A stretch of 64,000 nt of DNA from the human T2T-CHM13v2.0 reference genome, Homo sapiens (GCF_009914755.1 NC_060938.1), one strand, 5' to 3'. Counted from the first letter of the stretch, positions 32,301-50,506 are shown. Translations and numbers: made by a program. The notes: generated by a model not told the origin, from the letters alone.

Positions 32301-35300
32301 TTTGGGTACTTTGGTATTTTATGTAGAGTTTAGTATAAATGGTTGGGTACTTTCATATTTTATGTACAGTATATAATACATATTTTGGGAACTTTGCTAT
32401 TTTATGTACAGTATATAATACATACTTTGTGTATTTGATAGTTTATGTAACGGATATAATATATATTTTAGGTATTTTGATATTTTAAGTACAGTATATA
32501 CTATATAGTATGGGTACTTTTATATGTTATGTACCGCACATAATATATAGTTTGAGTACATTGATATTTTATGTACAGTTTATTATAAATGTTTGGGTAC
32601 TTTCATATATTATGTACAGTGTATAATACATATTTTGGCTACTTTGATATTTTTTGTACGGTATATAATATATACTTTGGGTAATTTGGTATTTTATGTA
32701 CAGTGTATAATATATATTTTGGGTATTTTGATATTTTATGTACAGTATATTATATATATTTTGGGTCCTTTGATATTTTATGTACAGTACATAATACATA
32801 TTTTGTGTACTTTGATATTTTATGTACAGCATATAATATATATTTGGGGTATTTTATATTTTATGTACAGTATATAATATATACTTTGGGTACTTTGATA
32901 TTTTATGTACAGTATATAATACATACTTTGGGTACTTTGATATTTTATGTGCAGCATATAATATATATTTGATGTACCTTCATATTTTATGTACAGTATA
33001 TAATATATATTTGGTCGACTTTAATATATTATGTACACTATATAATATATATTTGGTGTAATTTGATATTTTATGTACAGAATACAATATATATTTTATG
33101 TACCTTCATATTTTATATGCAGTGTATAATACACACTTTGGGTACTTTGATATTTTATGTACAGTACATAATATATAGTTTGTATACTTTGATATGTTAT
33201 GTACAGTATACAATATATATTTTGCGTATTTTGATATTTTATGTAGAGTATATAATGTATACTTTGGGTACTTTGATATTTTATCTACAGTTTACAATAT
33301 ATATTTTGGGTACCTTGATATTTTATGTACAGTATATGCTACACAGTTTGGGTACTTTGATGCTTTATGTACAGTATATAATATACAGTTTGAGTACTTT
33401 GATATTTTATGTACAGTTTATTATAAATGTTTGGTTACTTTCATATTTTATGTACAGTATACAATACATATTTTGGGTAATTTAATATTTTATGTACAGT
33501 ATATAATATATACTTGGTGTACTTTGATATTTTATGTACAGAATATAATATGTATCGGATGTACCTTCATATTTTATGTACAGTATATAATATACACTTT
33601 GGATACTTTGATATTTTATGTACAGTATATAATACAAACATTGGGGACTTTGATATTTTATGTGCAGCATATAATATATATTTGATGTACCTTCATATTT
33701 TATGTACAGTATATAATATATATTTGGTGTAATATGATATTTTATGTGCAGAATATAATATATATTTGATGTACCTTCATATTTTATGTACAGGATATAA
33801 TACATACTATGGGTACTTTGATATTTTATGTACAGTATATAATATATATTTTCGGTACTTTCATATTTTATGTAGAGTATATAATATATATTTGGGATAC
33901 TTTTATATTTTATGTACAGTATATAATATATATTTGGTGTACTTTGATGTTTTATGTACAGAATATAATATATATTGGATGTACCTTCATATTTTATGTA
34001 CAGTATATAATATATATTTTGGGTATTTGATATTTTATCTACAGTTTACAATATATATTTTTGTACCTTGATATTTTATGTACAGAGTATACTACACAGT
34101 TTGGGTATTTTGATACTTTATGTACAGTATATAATATAGAGTTTGAGTACTTTGATATTTTATGTACAGTTTATTATAAATGTTTAGTTACTTTCATATT
34201 TTATGTACACAATACAATACATATTGTGGGTAATTTAATATTTTATGTACAGTATATAGTATATATTTGGTGTACTTTGATATTTTATGTACAGAATATA
34301 ATGTATATTTGAGGTACCTTCATATTTTATTTATAGTAGGTAATATATACTTTTGGTACATTGATATGTTATGTACAGTATATATTACATACTTTGGGTA
34401 CTTTGATACTTTATGTGCAGCGTATAATATATATTTGATGTACCTTCATATTTTATGTACAGTATATAATATATATTTGGGCAACTTTAATATATTATGT
34501 ACAGCATATAATATATATTTGGTGTACTTTGATATTTTATGTACAGAATATAATATATCTTCGATGTACCTTCATATTTTATGTACAGTATACAATATAT
34601 ATTTTGGGTACTTTGATATTTTATGTACAGTATGCTATATATTCGGGTACTTTGATATATTATGTACAGTATAAAATATACAGTTTGGGTACCTTGATAT
34701 TTTATATATTGTATATAATATGTAGTTTGAGTACTTTGATATTTTATGTACAGTTTATTATAAATGTTTGGTTACTTTCATATTTTATGTATAGTATAGA
34801 ATACATATTTTGGGTACTTTGATATTTTATGTACAGTATATAATATATATTTGATGTACTTTGATACATTATGTGCAGAATATAAAATATATTTGATGAA
34901 ACTTATTTTATGTACAGTATATAATATATAATTTGTGTACTTTGATATTTTATGTACAGTATGTAATGCATACTTTGGGTACTTTGATATTTTATGTGCA
35001 GCATATAATATATATTTGAAGTACCTTCATATTTTATATACAGTATACAATATATATTTGGGCGATTTAATATATTATGTACAGTACACAATATATAATA
35101 GGTGTACTTTGATATTTTATATACAAGATATAATATATATTTGATGTACCTTCATATTTTATGTACAGTATATAGTATATATTTTGGGTACTTTGATATT
35201 TTATGTAAAGTATACAATATATATTTCAGGTACTTTGATATTTTATATACAGTATATAATAATATACAGTTTGGGTACTTTGATGTTTTATGTACAGTAT

Positions 35301-38300
35301 ATGATATTTAGTTTGAGTACTTTGATATTTTATGTACAGTTTATTATAAATGTTTTGTTACTTTCATATTTTATGTACAGTATATAATGCATATTTTGGG
35401 TACTTTGATATTTTATGTACAGTATATAATACATAATTTGGGTACTTTGATATTTTATGTACAGTATGTAATATATATTTTGAGTATTTGGATATTTTAT
35501 GTACAGTATATAAAATTTATTTTGGATCCTTTGATATTTTATGTACAGTATATAATATATATTTGGGTTACTTTTATATTTTATGTACAGTATACAATAT
35601 ATATTTTGGCTACTTTGATATTTTATGTACAGTTTACAATATATATTTTGGGTACTTTTATATTTTATGGACAGTATATAATACACAGTTTGGGTACTTT
35701 GGTATTTTATGTAGAATTTATTATAAATGGTTGGGTACTTTCATATTTTATGTACAGTATATAATACATATTTTGGGAACTTTGCTATTTTATGTACAGT
35801 ATATAATACATACTTTGGGTATTTGACAGTTTATGTAATGTATATAATATATATATTGGGTATTTTGATATTTTAAGTACAGTATAAACTATATAGTATG
35901 GGTACTTTGATATTTTATGTACCGCACATAATATATAGTTTGAGTACATTGATATTTTATGTATAGTTTATTATAAATGTTTGGGTACTTTCATATATTA
36001 TGTACAGTGTATAATACATATTTTGGCTACTTTGATATTTTTTGTACGGTATATAATATATACTTTGGGTACTTTGGTATTTTATGTACAGTATATAATA
36101 TATATTTTGGGTATTTTGATATTTTATGTACAGTATATAATATATATTTTGGGTCCTTTGATATTTTATGTACAGTACATAATACATATTTTGTGTACTT
36201 TGATATTTTATGTACAGCATATAATATATATTTGGGGTATTTTATATTTTATGAACAGTATATAATATATACTTTGGGTACCTTGATATTTTATGTACAG
36301 TATATATTATATAGTTTGGTTACTTTGATATGTCATGTACAATACATAATATATACTTTGGGTATTTTGATATTTTAGGTACAGTACATAATAGTTTGTG
36401 TACTTTATATTTCATGTATAATATATAATATATATTTGGGGTACTTTGATATTTTATGTATATAATCTATATGTGATGTACTTTCATATTTTATGAACCT
36501 AATATGATATATATTTGATGTAATTTCATATTTTATGTACAGTATATAATGTATACTTTCAGTACCTTGATATTTTATGTATATTATAAAATATATAGTT
36601 TGGGTACTTTGATATATTATATACAGTATATATTATATGTTAGGGTAGTTTGATATTCTATGTACAGTACAGAATATATATTTGGTGTACTTTGATATAC
36701 TATGTACAGTATAGAATATATATTTGGTGTACTTTGATATTTTATGTACAGTATATAACATATAGATTCGGCACTTTGATATTTTATGGACAGTATATAA
36801 TACATATTTGGTGTACTTTGATATTTTATATACATTATATAATGTATAGTTTGGGTACTTTGATATTTTATGTACAGTTTATAATATATTGTATGGGTAC
36901 TTTGATATTTTATGTTCAGTATATAATACCTGTTTGGGTACTTTGATATTTTAAGTACAGTATAGAATATATATTTGGTGTACTTTGATATTTTATGTAT
37001 AGAATAAAATATGTATTTGATGAACTTTCATATTTTATGTACAGTATACAATATATACTTTGGGTACTTTGATATTTTAAGTACAGTATATAATATATAG
37101 TTTGGGAAACTTTATATTTTATATAGAGAATATAATAAATATTTGGGGTACTTTGATATTTTATTTACAGTATAGAATATATATTTGGTGTACTTTGATA
37201 TTTTATGTACAGAATAGAATATATATTTGATGCACTTTCATAGTTTATGTACAGTAGATAATATATAGTTTGGGTACTTAGATATTTTATGTACAGTATA
37301 TAATACCTGTTTGGGTACTTTCATATTTTATGTACAGTATAGAATATATATTTGATGTACTTTGATATTTTATGTACAGTATATATTGTTTGTGTACTTT
37401 GATATTTTATGTACAGTATATAATATATACATTCGGCATGTTGATATCTTATGTACAGTATGTAATCTATATTTGATGTACTTTGATATTTTATGTACAT
37501 TATATAATGAATAGTTTGGGTAGTTTGATATTTTATATACAGTTTATAATATGTTGTATGAGTACTTTGATATTTTATGTACAGTATATATGTTTGGGTA
37601 CTTTGATATTTTATGTGCAGTATATAACACATACTTTGGGTACTTTGGTATTTTATGTACAGTATATAATACATACTATGGGTACTTTGATATTTTATGT
37701 ACAGTATATAATATATAGTTTGGTTACCCTGATATTTCATGTAGAGTTTATAATGAATGTTTGGGTACTTTCATATATTATGTACAGTATATAATACATA
37801 ATTTGGGTACTTTGATATTTTATGTACAGTATATAATATATACTTTGGGTTCTTTGATATTTAATGTACAGTATATAATATGTAGTTTGGGTACTTTGAT
37901 ATTTTATGTACAGTATATAATATATAGTTTGGTTACTTTGATATGTTATGTACAGTACATAATATATAGTTTGCGTAGTTTGATTTTTTTTTACACTATA
38001 TAATACATAACGGTTACTTTGATATTTATGTACAATTTATAATATATACTTTGGGTACGTTTATATTTTATGAACAGTATATAATATATACTTTGGGTAC
38101 CTTGATATTTTATGTACAGTATATAATATATAGTTTGGTTTCTTTGACGTTATATACAGTACATAATATATACTTTGGGTACTTTGATATTTTATGTACA
38201 GTATATAATGTATAGTTTGTGTACTTTCATATTTCATGTACAGTATATAATATATATTTGGGTTACTTTGATATTTTATGTACAGTATATAATCTATATT

Positions 38301-38927
38301 TGCTGTACTTTCATATTTTATGTACCTAATATATATATTTGATGTAATTTCATATTTTATGTACAGTATATAATGTATAGTTTGGGTACTTTGGTATTTT
38401 ATGTACAGTATGAAATATATAGTTTGGTTACTTTGATATATTATGTACAGTATATATGTTTGGGTAGTCTGATATTTTATGTACAGTACAGAATATATAT
38501 TTGGTGTACTTTGATATTTTTTTTATAGTATAGAATATATATTTGGTGTACTTTGATATTTTATGTACAGTATACAATATATAGTTTGGGTACTTTGATA
38601 TGTTATGTACAGTAGATAATACATGTTTGTGTACTTTGATATTTTATTTACAATATAGAATATATATTTGGTGTACTTTGATATTTTATGTACAGCATAG
38701 AATATAAATTTGGTGTACTTTTATATTTTATGTACACTATATAATATATAGTTTCGGTACCTTGATATTTTATGTACAGTGTATCATATATAGATTCAGT
38801 ACTTTGATATTTTATGTACAGTATATAATATATAGTTTGCGTACATTGATATTTTATGTACAGTATATAATATATAGTTTGCGTACATTGATATTTTATG
38901 TACAGTATATGATGTATAGTTTAGTAG
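20375..38927 (-). repeat. HSat1A 42-bp satellite, opposite orientation
   Basis: Reverse-complement monomer ACAGTATATAATATATATTTTGGGT-ACTTTGATATTTTATGT repeated to ~38927. Confidence 0.95.
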
Positions 38928-39476
38928 CATATTAAATATTAAAATATATATTATATTATGATATATTGAATATCATACATATCATGTATCATATATTGTA
39001 TATCATATTATATATTTTATATGTTATATATTATATTATATATAATGATACTTATAGTTATATAACTATACATATAACTATATAATATAATTATATACAT
39101 AATTATTTGTATTATATATATAATTATATCATTCTATATTTATTTATATTACATATAATTATACAATTATATATATTTTTTATATATAAATTATAATATA
39201 TAACAAAATATATACATTATATATCATATATGATATATTAGATATGTTATACATTTTATTATATATAACTATATATTACATTATATATAACTATATTTTT
39301 CATCTATAATATATATAATAATGTATATGTATTATATATTATATATATTATGTAACATATATAATATATAATATATAATATGGCATGATAAATATTACAT
39401 ATTATGACATATAATATATATGATATATATTACATATTAAGCATATTATATAATATATGGTATATGTCATATATAA

Positions 39477-39768
<292 letters not shown>

Positions 39769-42316
39769 AGATACATATTTTTTAAATGAAAAAAAGTTTC
39801 AAAAGTACTCTGCTTGGTACAACAATCAAATATATAAACTGAGGAATAAAACATAACCATGAATCATATTTATAACTGCAAATGGAAAATACAGAACATA
39901 ATTTTCTAAATAACATATTTTGAAAGCATTAACTAGTAATTTGAAGAGTTCGCATTTGAAAAGCCAGTATGAATATACCTTCAATGCAGCAACATAGGTT
40001 CCCCATGAGAAAAATCAAAATCAGGGAAAATAAAACCACAAAGGTTCAATCTGTTCTGACCTTTGAAAAACACAGCACAGACAGTGGCCCTAAGGACCAA
40101 GAGCAGGAGATCCCTAATCTCGTCACCATGGCGATAGGGCATAAACATTGCAGGGTGAGGGCACAATCCACATTGTGAGGTACAACTGCTTCCAGGAAGA
40201 CAGGAGTGCTTTTTCATAGACCGAAAGGTCATTGAAGGCTCAGTGTTTTGTTTCAAAAACTGAATCCAAACCCCACACATTATTATGCTGTGCTTCTTAA
40301 AATAAGTTATGAGATGGGAAATAGGGCACCCTCATATATATATATATATAATATATATAATATATAGTATAATGTAAATAATATATATAAAATATATGTA
40401 ATTTTGTTTTAAATACTGCATCTTATATATATTATATGTAATATAATAATTTATAACATAATTATACATATACAATATGACGTAATGTATATCATATTTT
40501 AGGACATATATAATATATATTATATATAACATATATAGTATATTATATGTATAATATATTTATTAAATATATAATATACATTAGATATTATATATTATAT
40601 CTATGTTATATATAATGTACAATAAATAATAATATATAATTATATATATACAATATGACATATATATATTTTATGACATATATAATATATATTATATATA
40701 TTATATGCATAATACATATATTAAATATATACTATATGTATATGTTATATATTATATATAATTTATGTTATATATTATATATGTTGTATACAATATATAT
40801 TTTATATATAATATATGTTATATATAATGTATCATTTATCATATATAATATAATATATATCATACATTATATATAATATACACCATATATGATATATAAT
40901 ATATACGATATATGATATATGATATATATAACTTATAATATATCATACATATAATCTATCATATATGACATATAATACAAAATATATGATACATAATATA
41001 TATGGTATGTGATATATACTGTGATATATTCTATATGATTTCTATATTATATATAAATATTTAATATTATAACTATATATTATATATAACTATATAATAT
41101 ATTACATATAACTATATATTATATATAGCTATATAATATTAAGTTATATATAATTTATATTTTTTATATAACATAATATATTATATATTATATTATTATA
41201 TAGTACATAATATAGATTATATATCACAAAATATATGTTACATACATATTAAAGTATACATTATATTATATTAAATATATATATTATGTATCATATATTG
41301 TATATTATATATTATATATTTTTATACGTTATATATTACAATATTATATATAATTATACTTATAGTTATATAATTATACATATAACTATACAATTATATA
41401 ATTATAAATATAACTATATAATTATATATAATAATTTATATAATATATAATTATATGATTATATAATTATTTATATTATATATAATTATATCATTATATA
41501 ATTATTTATATTATATATAATTGTATAATTATATATATTATATTATATATTCAATATCATATATAACATAAAATATATATTATACCTCATATGTATTATG
41601 ATGTATTATACATCAACTATATATTATATATAAATATATAATATACTATTATATATAACTATATATTAAATTATATATAACTATATATTAAGTTATATAA
41701 AATCTTATAAATTTTATATAATATATCATAATATATCATATATTACATTATATTATATATTACATAACCTATATTATATATCACATAATATATGTTACAT
41801 AATATTAAAATCTACATTATAGTATGATATATTAAATATATATATTATGTATCATATATTGTATATTATATATTATACATTATATGTATTTTATAATGTA
41901 TTATATATTATACTTATAGTTATATAAATATACATATAACTATAGTTATATAATTATATACATAATTAGATATATTATATATAATTATATGATTATAACT
42001 ATTTATATTATATACAATTATATAATTATATATATTTTATTATATATAAAATATAACATATAACAAAATATATATTATATACTATATATGATATATTAGA
42101 TATGTTATATATTATATCTAACTATATGTTATGTTATATATAAATATATATTTTCATCTATAAGTTATATAATAATGTATATGTATTTTATACTATATAT
42201 ATTATGCAATATATAATATACATAATATGACATATAAATATATAGTATGACAATATATGACATTATATATTACATATAAAGCATAGTATATAATATATAA
42301 TATATATCATATATAA

Positions 42317-42608
<292 letters not shown>

Positions 42609-44486
42609 AGATACATATGTTTTAAATGAAAAAAAAATTCATAGGTACTCTGCTTGGTACAAGAATAAAATATATAAACTGAGGAATAAAACATAACCAT
42701 GAATCATATTTATAACTTCATATGGAAAATACAGAGGATAATTTTTAAATAACATATTTTGAAAGCATTAACTAGTAATTTGAAGAGTTCGCATTTGAAA
42801 GGCCAGTATGAATATACCTTCAATGCAGCAACATAGGTTCCCCATGAGAAAAATCAAACTCAGGGAAAATAAAACCACAAAGGTTCACTCTGTGCTGACC
42901 TTTGAAAAACACAGCACAGACAGTGGCCCTTAGGACCAAGAGCAGGAGATCGCTAATCTCGTCACCATGGCGATAGGGCATAAACATTGCAGGGTGAGGG
43001 CACAATCCACATTGTGAGGTCCAACTGCTGCCAGGAAGACAGGAGTGCTTTTACATAGACCGAAAGGTCATTGAAGGCTCAGTGTTTTGTTTCAAAAACT
43101 GAATCCCAAGCCCACACATTATACTGCTGTGCTTCTTAAAATAAGTTATGAGATGGGAAATAGGGCACCCACAAATATATATATATTATATATATATATA
43201 TATATAGTATAATATATATAATATATATAACATATATATAATTTTGTGTTACATCCTACATCTTATATTATATATATTATAAGTAATATAATTGATAATA
43301 TATAATTACATATATATGACATAATATATATTTTATGACATATAAAAATTATATATCACATATATATTATATGTATAATATACGCATTAAATATATAATA
43401 TACATTATATATAATATATATAGTATCTATGTTATATATAATATATAATATAAAATATGTAATATATAATTATATATATACAATATGACATATAATATAT
43501 ATTATATTTGACATATATATTATATATAATACATAATATGTATCATACATATATTATATATTATATGTATGTGTTATATATTATGTATAATACATCTGAT
43601 ATGTTACATACTATATATGTTATATATAATATATATGTTATAATTTATAATTTATTATATATAATATAATGTATATCATATTATATATAATATACACCAT
43701 AGATTATATGTAATATATAATATGCAATATATTAATATACAATATATGGTATATGACATATATATCATATATGATATATATACTATATCATATATGATAT
43801 ATAACATCCAATATATGATACGAAATATATAAGATATATAATATATATTATACGATATACATTAACTATGATTTATATTATATATAACTATATTGTATAT
43901 AACTATATATTATTATATAAAACTATATATTATATATAATTATATATTATGATATATTATATATTATATTATACATTACATAATATATATTATATATCAT
44001 ATATGTTACATATATAATATGAATATATATATTATGATGTATTAAATATCACATATATTACGTATCATATATTGTATATTATATATTATATATTATATAT
44101 GTGAAGTATTATATATAATTACATATAATTATATAATTATACATATAACTATATAATTATATAATTATACATACAATTATTTATATTATATAAAATTATA
44201 TAATTATATACACTTATATTATATATAATTATGTAATTATATATATAATATTATAAAATATATGTAATATAAAATATATACATTATATATCATATGACAT
44301 ATATGTTGTATATTATATTATATATAACTATGTTATATTACATAAAATTATATATTTTCATATATGTTATATAATAATGTATAATATGTCTTATATATTA
44401 TATGTATTATGTAATATATTATATATATGACATGATATATATTATGACATATAATATATATATTATATGTTACATAGAAAGCATAA

Positions 44487-44801
<315 letters not shown>

Positions 44802-45730
44802 AGGTATATATTTTTTAAATGAAAAATAATTTCAAAGGTACTCTGCTTGGTACAATAATCAAATATATAAACTGAGGAATAAAACAGAACCATGAAACAT
44901 ATTTATAACTGCATATGAAAAATACAGAGGATAATTTTTTAAATAACATATTTTGAAAGCATTAACTAGTAATTTGAAGAGTTCGCATTTGACAGGCCAG
45001 TATGAACATACTTGAATGCAGCAACACAGGTTCCCCATGAGAAAATTGAAAATCAGGGAAAATGAAACCACAAAGGTTCAAACAGCTCTGACCTTTGAAA
45101 AATTCAGCAGAGACAGTGGCACTTAAGACCAAGGGCAGGAGATGCCTAATCCCATCACCATGAAGATAGGGCATAAACATTCCAGGGTGAAGGCACAATG
45201 CATATTGTGAGGTCCAACAGCTGTCATGCAGACAGGTGTGCTTTTACAGGTACAGGAAGCTCATTGAAGGCTCAGTGTTTTGTTTCAAAAATTGAATCCC
45301 AAGCACACACATTATTATGCTGTGCTTCTTAAAATAATTTATGAGATGAGAAATAGAGCACCACCAAATAAATATTATATATATAAATATACATAATTAT
45401 ATATAATATATGTATTATATATTTATATATATAATTTCCTTTTACCTCCTGCATCCTTATATATATCATATATAATGTAACATATAATAATATATAATTA
45501 TTACATGTAATATATGTAATATAATTATATATATAACTATTACATATAATATATAATTATATATATATTATGAAATATATATTATACATAATATATAATA
45601 TATAATAAATTATATGACATACAGTATATAATATAGATTATATAAAATATATGTCATATATAATATATATCATATATAATAGATCATAATATAATATATA
45701 TTATATTTTATATAAAATATATTATATATA

Positions 45731-45937
45731 ATATATAATTTTATATTATATATAAGTATATAATATATAATATATAATTTTATATTATATATAAGTATAT
45801 AATATATAATTTTATATTATATATAAGTATATAATATATAATTTTATATTATATATAAGTATATAATATATAATTTTATATTATATATAAGTATATAATA
45901 TATAATTTTATATTATATATAAGTATATAATATATAA
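45731..45937. repeat. 32-bp minisatellite (ATTTTATATTATATATAAGTATATAATATATA), ~6 copies
   Basis: The single G of the unit falls at 45756, 45795, 45827, 45859, 45891, 45923 (spacing 39,32,32,32,32). Confidence 0.9.
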
Positions 45938-46516
45938 TATATTACGATATATTATATATAATGTATAGTATAATTATATGATATATAATTATATAAAATA
46001 TATAACATATTACATATCATATATAATATGTATTTTATCTTATATAGTATATATCATATATGAAAAATAATATATATCATATTATATACCATACATGATA
46101 TATAATATATATCATATATTATACACCATGATATATAATATACAGTATATATATTATAGATTATATATAACATATGTCATATATTACATATTATAGATTA
46201 AATATATATATTATATTTAATACATATTTTATATATATCATATATTTTATATGACATATCATATATATGATATAATATATATTATATATCATATATTATA
46301 TTATATATAATATATGATATATCATATATATATTATATATAATATATATTATATAATATATATCATATATATGAGTTATTATATATAATTTATATAATAT
46401 ATACTGTAACATATATATGATATAGCATATATATACTATATATTATATATTATATAGTATGACATACTATATGTATTGCATATATATATTACATATATAA
46501 TATATAATATATATAA

Positions 46517-46821
<305 letters not shown>

Positions 46822-48381
46822 GAAGATACACATTTTTTAAATGAAGAAAAATTTCAAACGTACTCTGCTTAGTACAATAATGAAATATATAAATTGAGGA
46901 ATAAAACATAACCATGAAACATATTTATAACTGCATATGGATAATACAGAGGATAATTTTTTAAAGAACATACTTTGAAAGCATTAACTAGTAATTTGAA
47001 GAGTTCGCATTTGACAGGCCAGTATGAACATACCTTGAATGCAGCAACACAGGTTCCCCATAAGAAAAATCAAAATCAGGAAAATGAAACCACAAAGGTT
47101 CAATCTGCTGTGACCTTCGAAAAATTCAGCACAGACAGTGGCACTTAGGACCAAGGGCAGGAGATCCCTAATCCCATCACCATGGCGATAGGGTATAAAC
47201 ATTCCACGGTGAAGGCACAATCCACATTGTGAGGTCCAACTGCTGCCATGCAGACAGTTGTGCTTTTACATGTACAGGAAGGTCATTGAAGGCTCATTGT
47301 TCTGTTTCAAAAACTGAATCCCAAGCCCACATATTATTATGCTGTGCTTCTTAAAATAAGTTATGAGATTCGAAATAGGACAACCCCAAATATTTATATA
47401 TATATTTAATTATAGATAATATAATATAAAATATATATAATATATATATTATAGATATCATTTCCTTTTACATCCTGCATCCTGATATTATATATAATAT
47501 ATTATATATAATATAATATAAAATATATAATTATTATATATTGTATAATATATATAATTATATATATTTATATAATTATATATAATTATATAATATAATA
47601 CATAATATATACTATATACATTATATATTATGTAATATATAATACATATAGTTTATATTATATATAATATATAATATATATAATATATAGTATATAATAT
47701 ATACTATATATTAAATATAATATATAGTTTATATTATATATAATATATAGTATATAATATATATGATATATATCATAATATAAGTATATTATATTATTAT
47801 ATATTATATTAAACGTATAATATATATGATATAGAATAATATAATATATATTATATAATATATAATATTAGATTAAATAATTATAATATATAATATGTTA
47901 TGATATATAATACAATATAATATATAATTACATATCTTATATTATATAATATATAATATATATCATATTTTATATATGTCATATATATTACATATCATAT
48001 ATTATATATTATATATCATACATAATATATTATATATATCATATATGTAATTTATATCATATATAATATATATCATATCATATATTACATATGAAATATA
48101 TATTATATATCACATATTATATATCATATATATAATATAATGACATATTATATGTAATATATATTATATAATATTATCATATATATTATATATTATATAT
48201 AATATATAATATATATAACATTTTATGTACAATAAATTATATATTTCATATAATATATATTCTATGTCATATTACATATATTATATATAATATATATGAC
48301 ATAGAATATATATTATATATATCATATATTAGGACATATATATGATATATATTACGTATGTCATTTATTATATATATATAA

Positions 48382-48673
<292 letters not shown>

Positions 48674-49317
48674 AGATCCATATTTTTTAAATGAAGAAAA
48701 ATTTCAAAGGTACTCTGCTTGGTACAATAATCAAATATGTAAATTGAGGAATAAAACATAACCATGAAACATATTTATAACTGCATATGGAAAATACAGA
48801 GGATAATTTTTTAAATAACAAATTTTGAAAGCATTAACTAATAATTTGAAAAGATCGCATTTGACAGGCCAGTATGAACATACCTCGATTGGAGGAACAC
48901 AGGTTCCCCTTAAGAAAAATCAAAATCAGGGAAAATGAACCCACAAAACTTCAATCTGCTCTGACCTTTGAAAAACTCAGCACAGACAGTGGCGCTTATG
49001 ACCAAGGACAGGAGATTTCTAATCCCATCACCATGGCGATAGGGCATAAACATTCCTGGGTGAAGGCACAATCCACATTGTGAGGTCCTACTGCTGCCAT
49101 GCAGACAGGTGTGCTTTTACATGGACCGGAAGTTCATTGAAGGCTCAGTGTTTTTTTTCAAAAACTGAATCCCATACCCACATATTATTATGCTGTGCTT
49201 CTTAAAATAAGTTATGAGATGGGAAATAGGGAACCCCCAAATATAGCCAATAGTGACAGTTTCAAATTGAAGAAAGGCACAACTGATATGTTGAGAATAA
49301 ACAGAGATTCCATTCTG

Positions 49318-50506
49318 TTTTTTCTTTTTCAACTTTTATGTTAGATTCAGGGTCTACATGTGCAGGTTTATTACCTGGGTGTATTGTGTGGTGCTGAGGT
49401 TTAGGGTGTGAATGATCCCAACACCCAGGTACTGAACATGGTATTCAGCAGTTTTTCAACCTTTTCCTTCCTCCCTCCCCCTCCTAGCAGTCCCTAGTGT
49501 CTATTTTCACCATCTTCATATCCATGGGTACTCAGAATTTAGCTCCTACTTATAGGAACATGAGGCGTTTGTTTTCTGTTACTACATTAGTTCACTTTCT
49601 GGATTCCAGCTGTAGCCATTTTCCCTCAAAGAACATAATTTCATCCTTTTTTGTGGCTGCATAGTATTCCATGGTCTATATGTACCACATTTTTATCCAG
49701 TCCACTGTTGATAGTCCACGGTTGATGGGCACCTAGGTTGATCCCATGTCTTTGCTAATGTGAATAGTGTTGCAATAAACATACAAGTGCATATGTCTTT
49801 TTGGTGGAATGATCTGTTTTCTTTTGGATACATATTCGGTAATGAGACTGCTGGGTTGAATGTTAGTTCTGTTTTATGATCTTTGAGAAATCTCCAAATT
49901 GCTTTCCACAGTGGCTGAACTAAATTACATTCCCACCAAAGGTGTATAAGCATTCCCTTTTCTCCTTATCCTCGCCAGTATCTGCTATTTTTTTTTTTTT
50001 TTACTTTTTAAAAATAGCCATTCTGACTGGTGTGAGATAATATCTCATTGTGGTTTTGATTTGCATTTCCCTCGTGATTAGTGATGATGAGCATTTTTTT
50101 CATGTTTGTTGGCTGCATGTATGTCTCCTTCTGAGAAGTGTCTATGTCTTTTGCCCCTTTTTAAATGGGGTTGTGTTTTGCTTGTTGAATTATGTTCCTT
50201 ATAGATTCTAAATATTAGACCTTCGTTGGATGCATAGTTTGTGAATAATTTCCCCCATTCTGTAGGTTGTTTACTCTGCTGATGGTTTCCTTTGCTGTGT
50301 GGCAGCTCTTTAGTTTAATTAGGTCCCATTTGTCAACTTTTGCTTTTGTTGCAATTTCTTTTGAAGTCTTAGTCATGAATTATTTCCCATAGCCCATATC
50401 CAGAATGGTACTTTTGAAGTTTTTCTTCCAGGTTTATTTTAGTTTGAGGTCTTAAATTTAAATCTTTAATCCAACCTGAGTTAATTTTTGTATATGGTGA
50501 AAAGGT
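49318..50506 (-). mobile_element. LINE-1 3' end (L1PA15/16-like), 3'UTR and ORF2 C-terminus
   Basis: CAACTTTTATGTTAGATTCAGGGTCTACATGTGCAGGTTT 3'UTR signature; ORF 49693-49953(-) reads LIHLWWECNLVQPLWKAIWRFLK…CTCMFIATLFTLAKTWDQPRCPS, the L1 ORF2 C-terminal region. Confidence 0.9.

Noticed and set aside
9446-38927. ORFs with 14-aa repeats (YYILYIKYQSTQNI / TLIFYVQYIIYILG), up to 245 aa
   Set aside because: 42-bp monomer is divisible by 3, so frames stay open by chance; satellite DNA.
9446-38927. CRISPR-like look (conserved part alternating with variable part)
   Set aside because: Variable parts are homologous variants of one another, not unique spacers; eukaryotic context, no cas genes.
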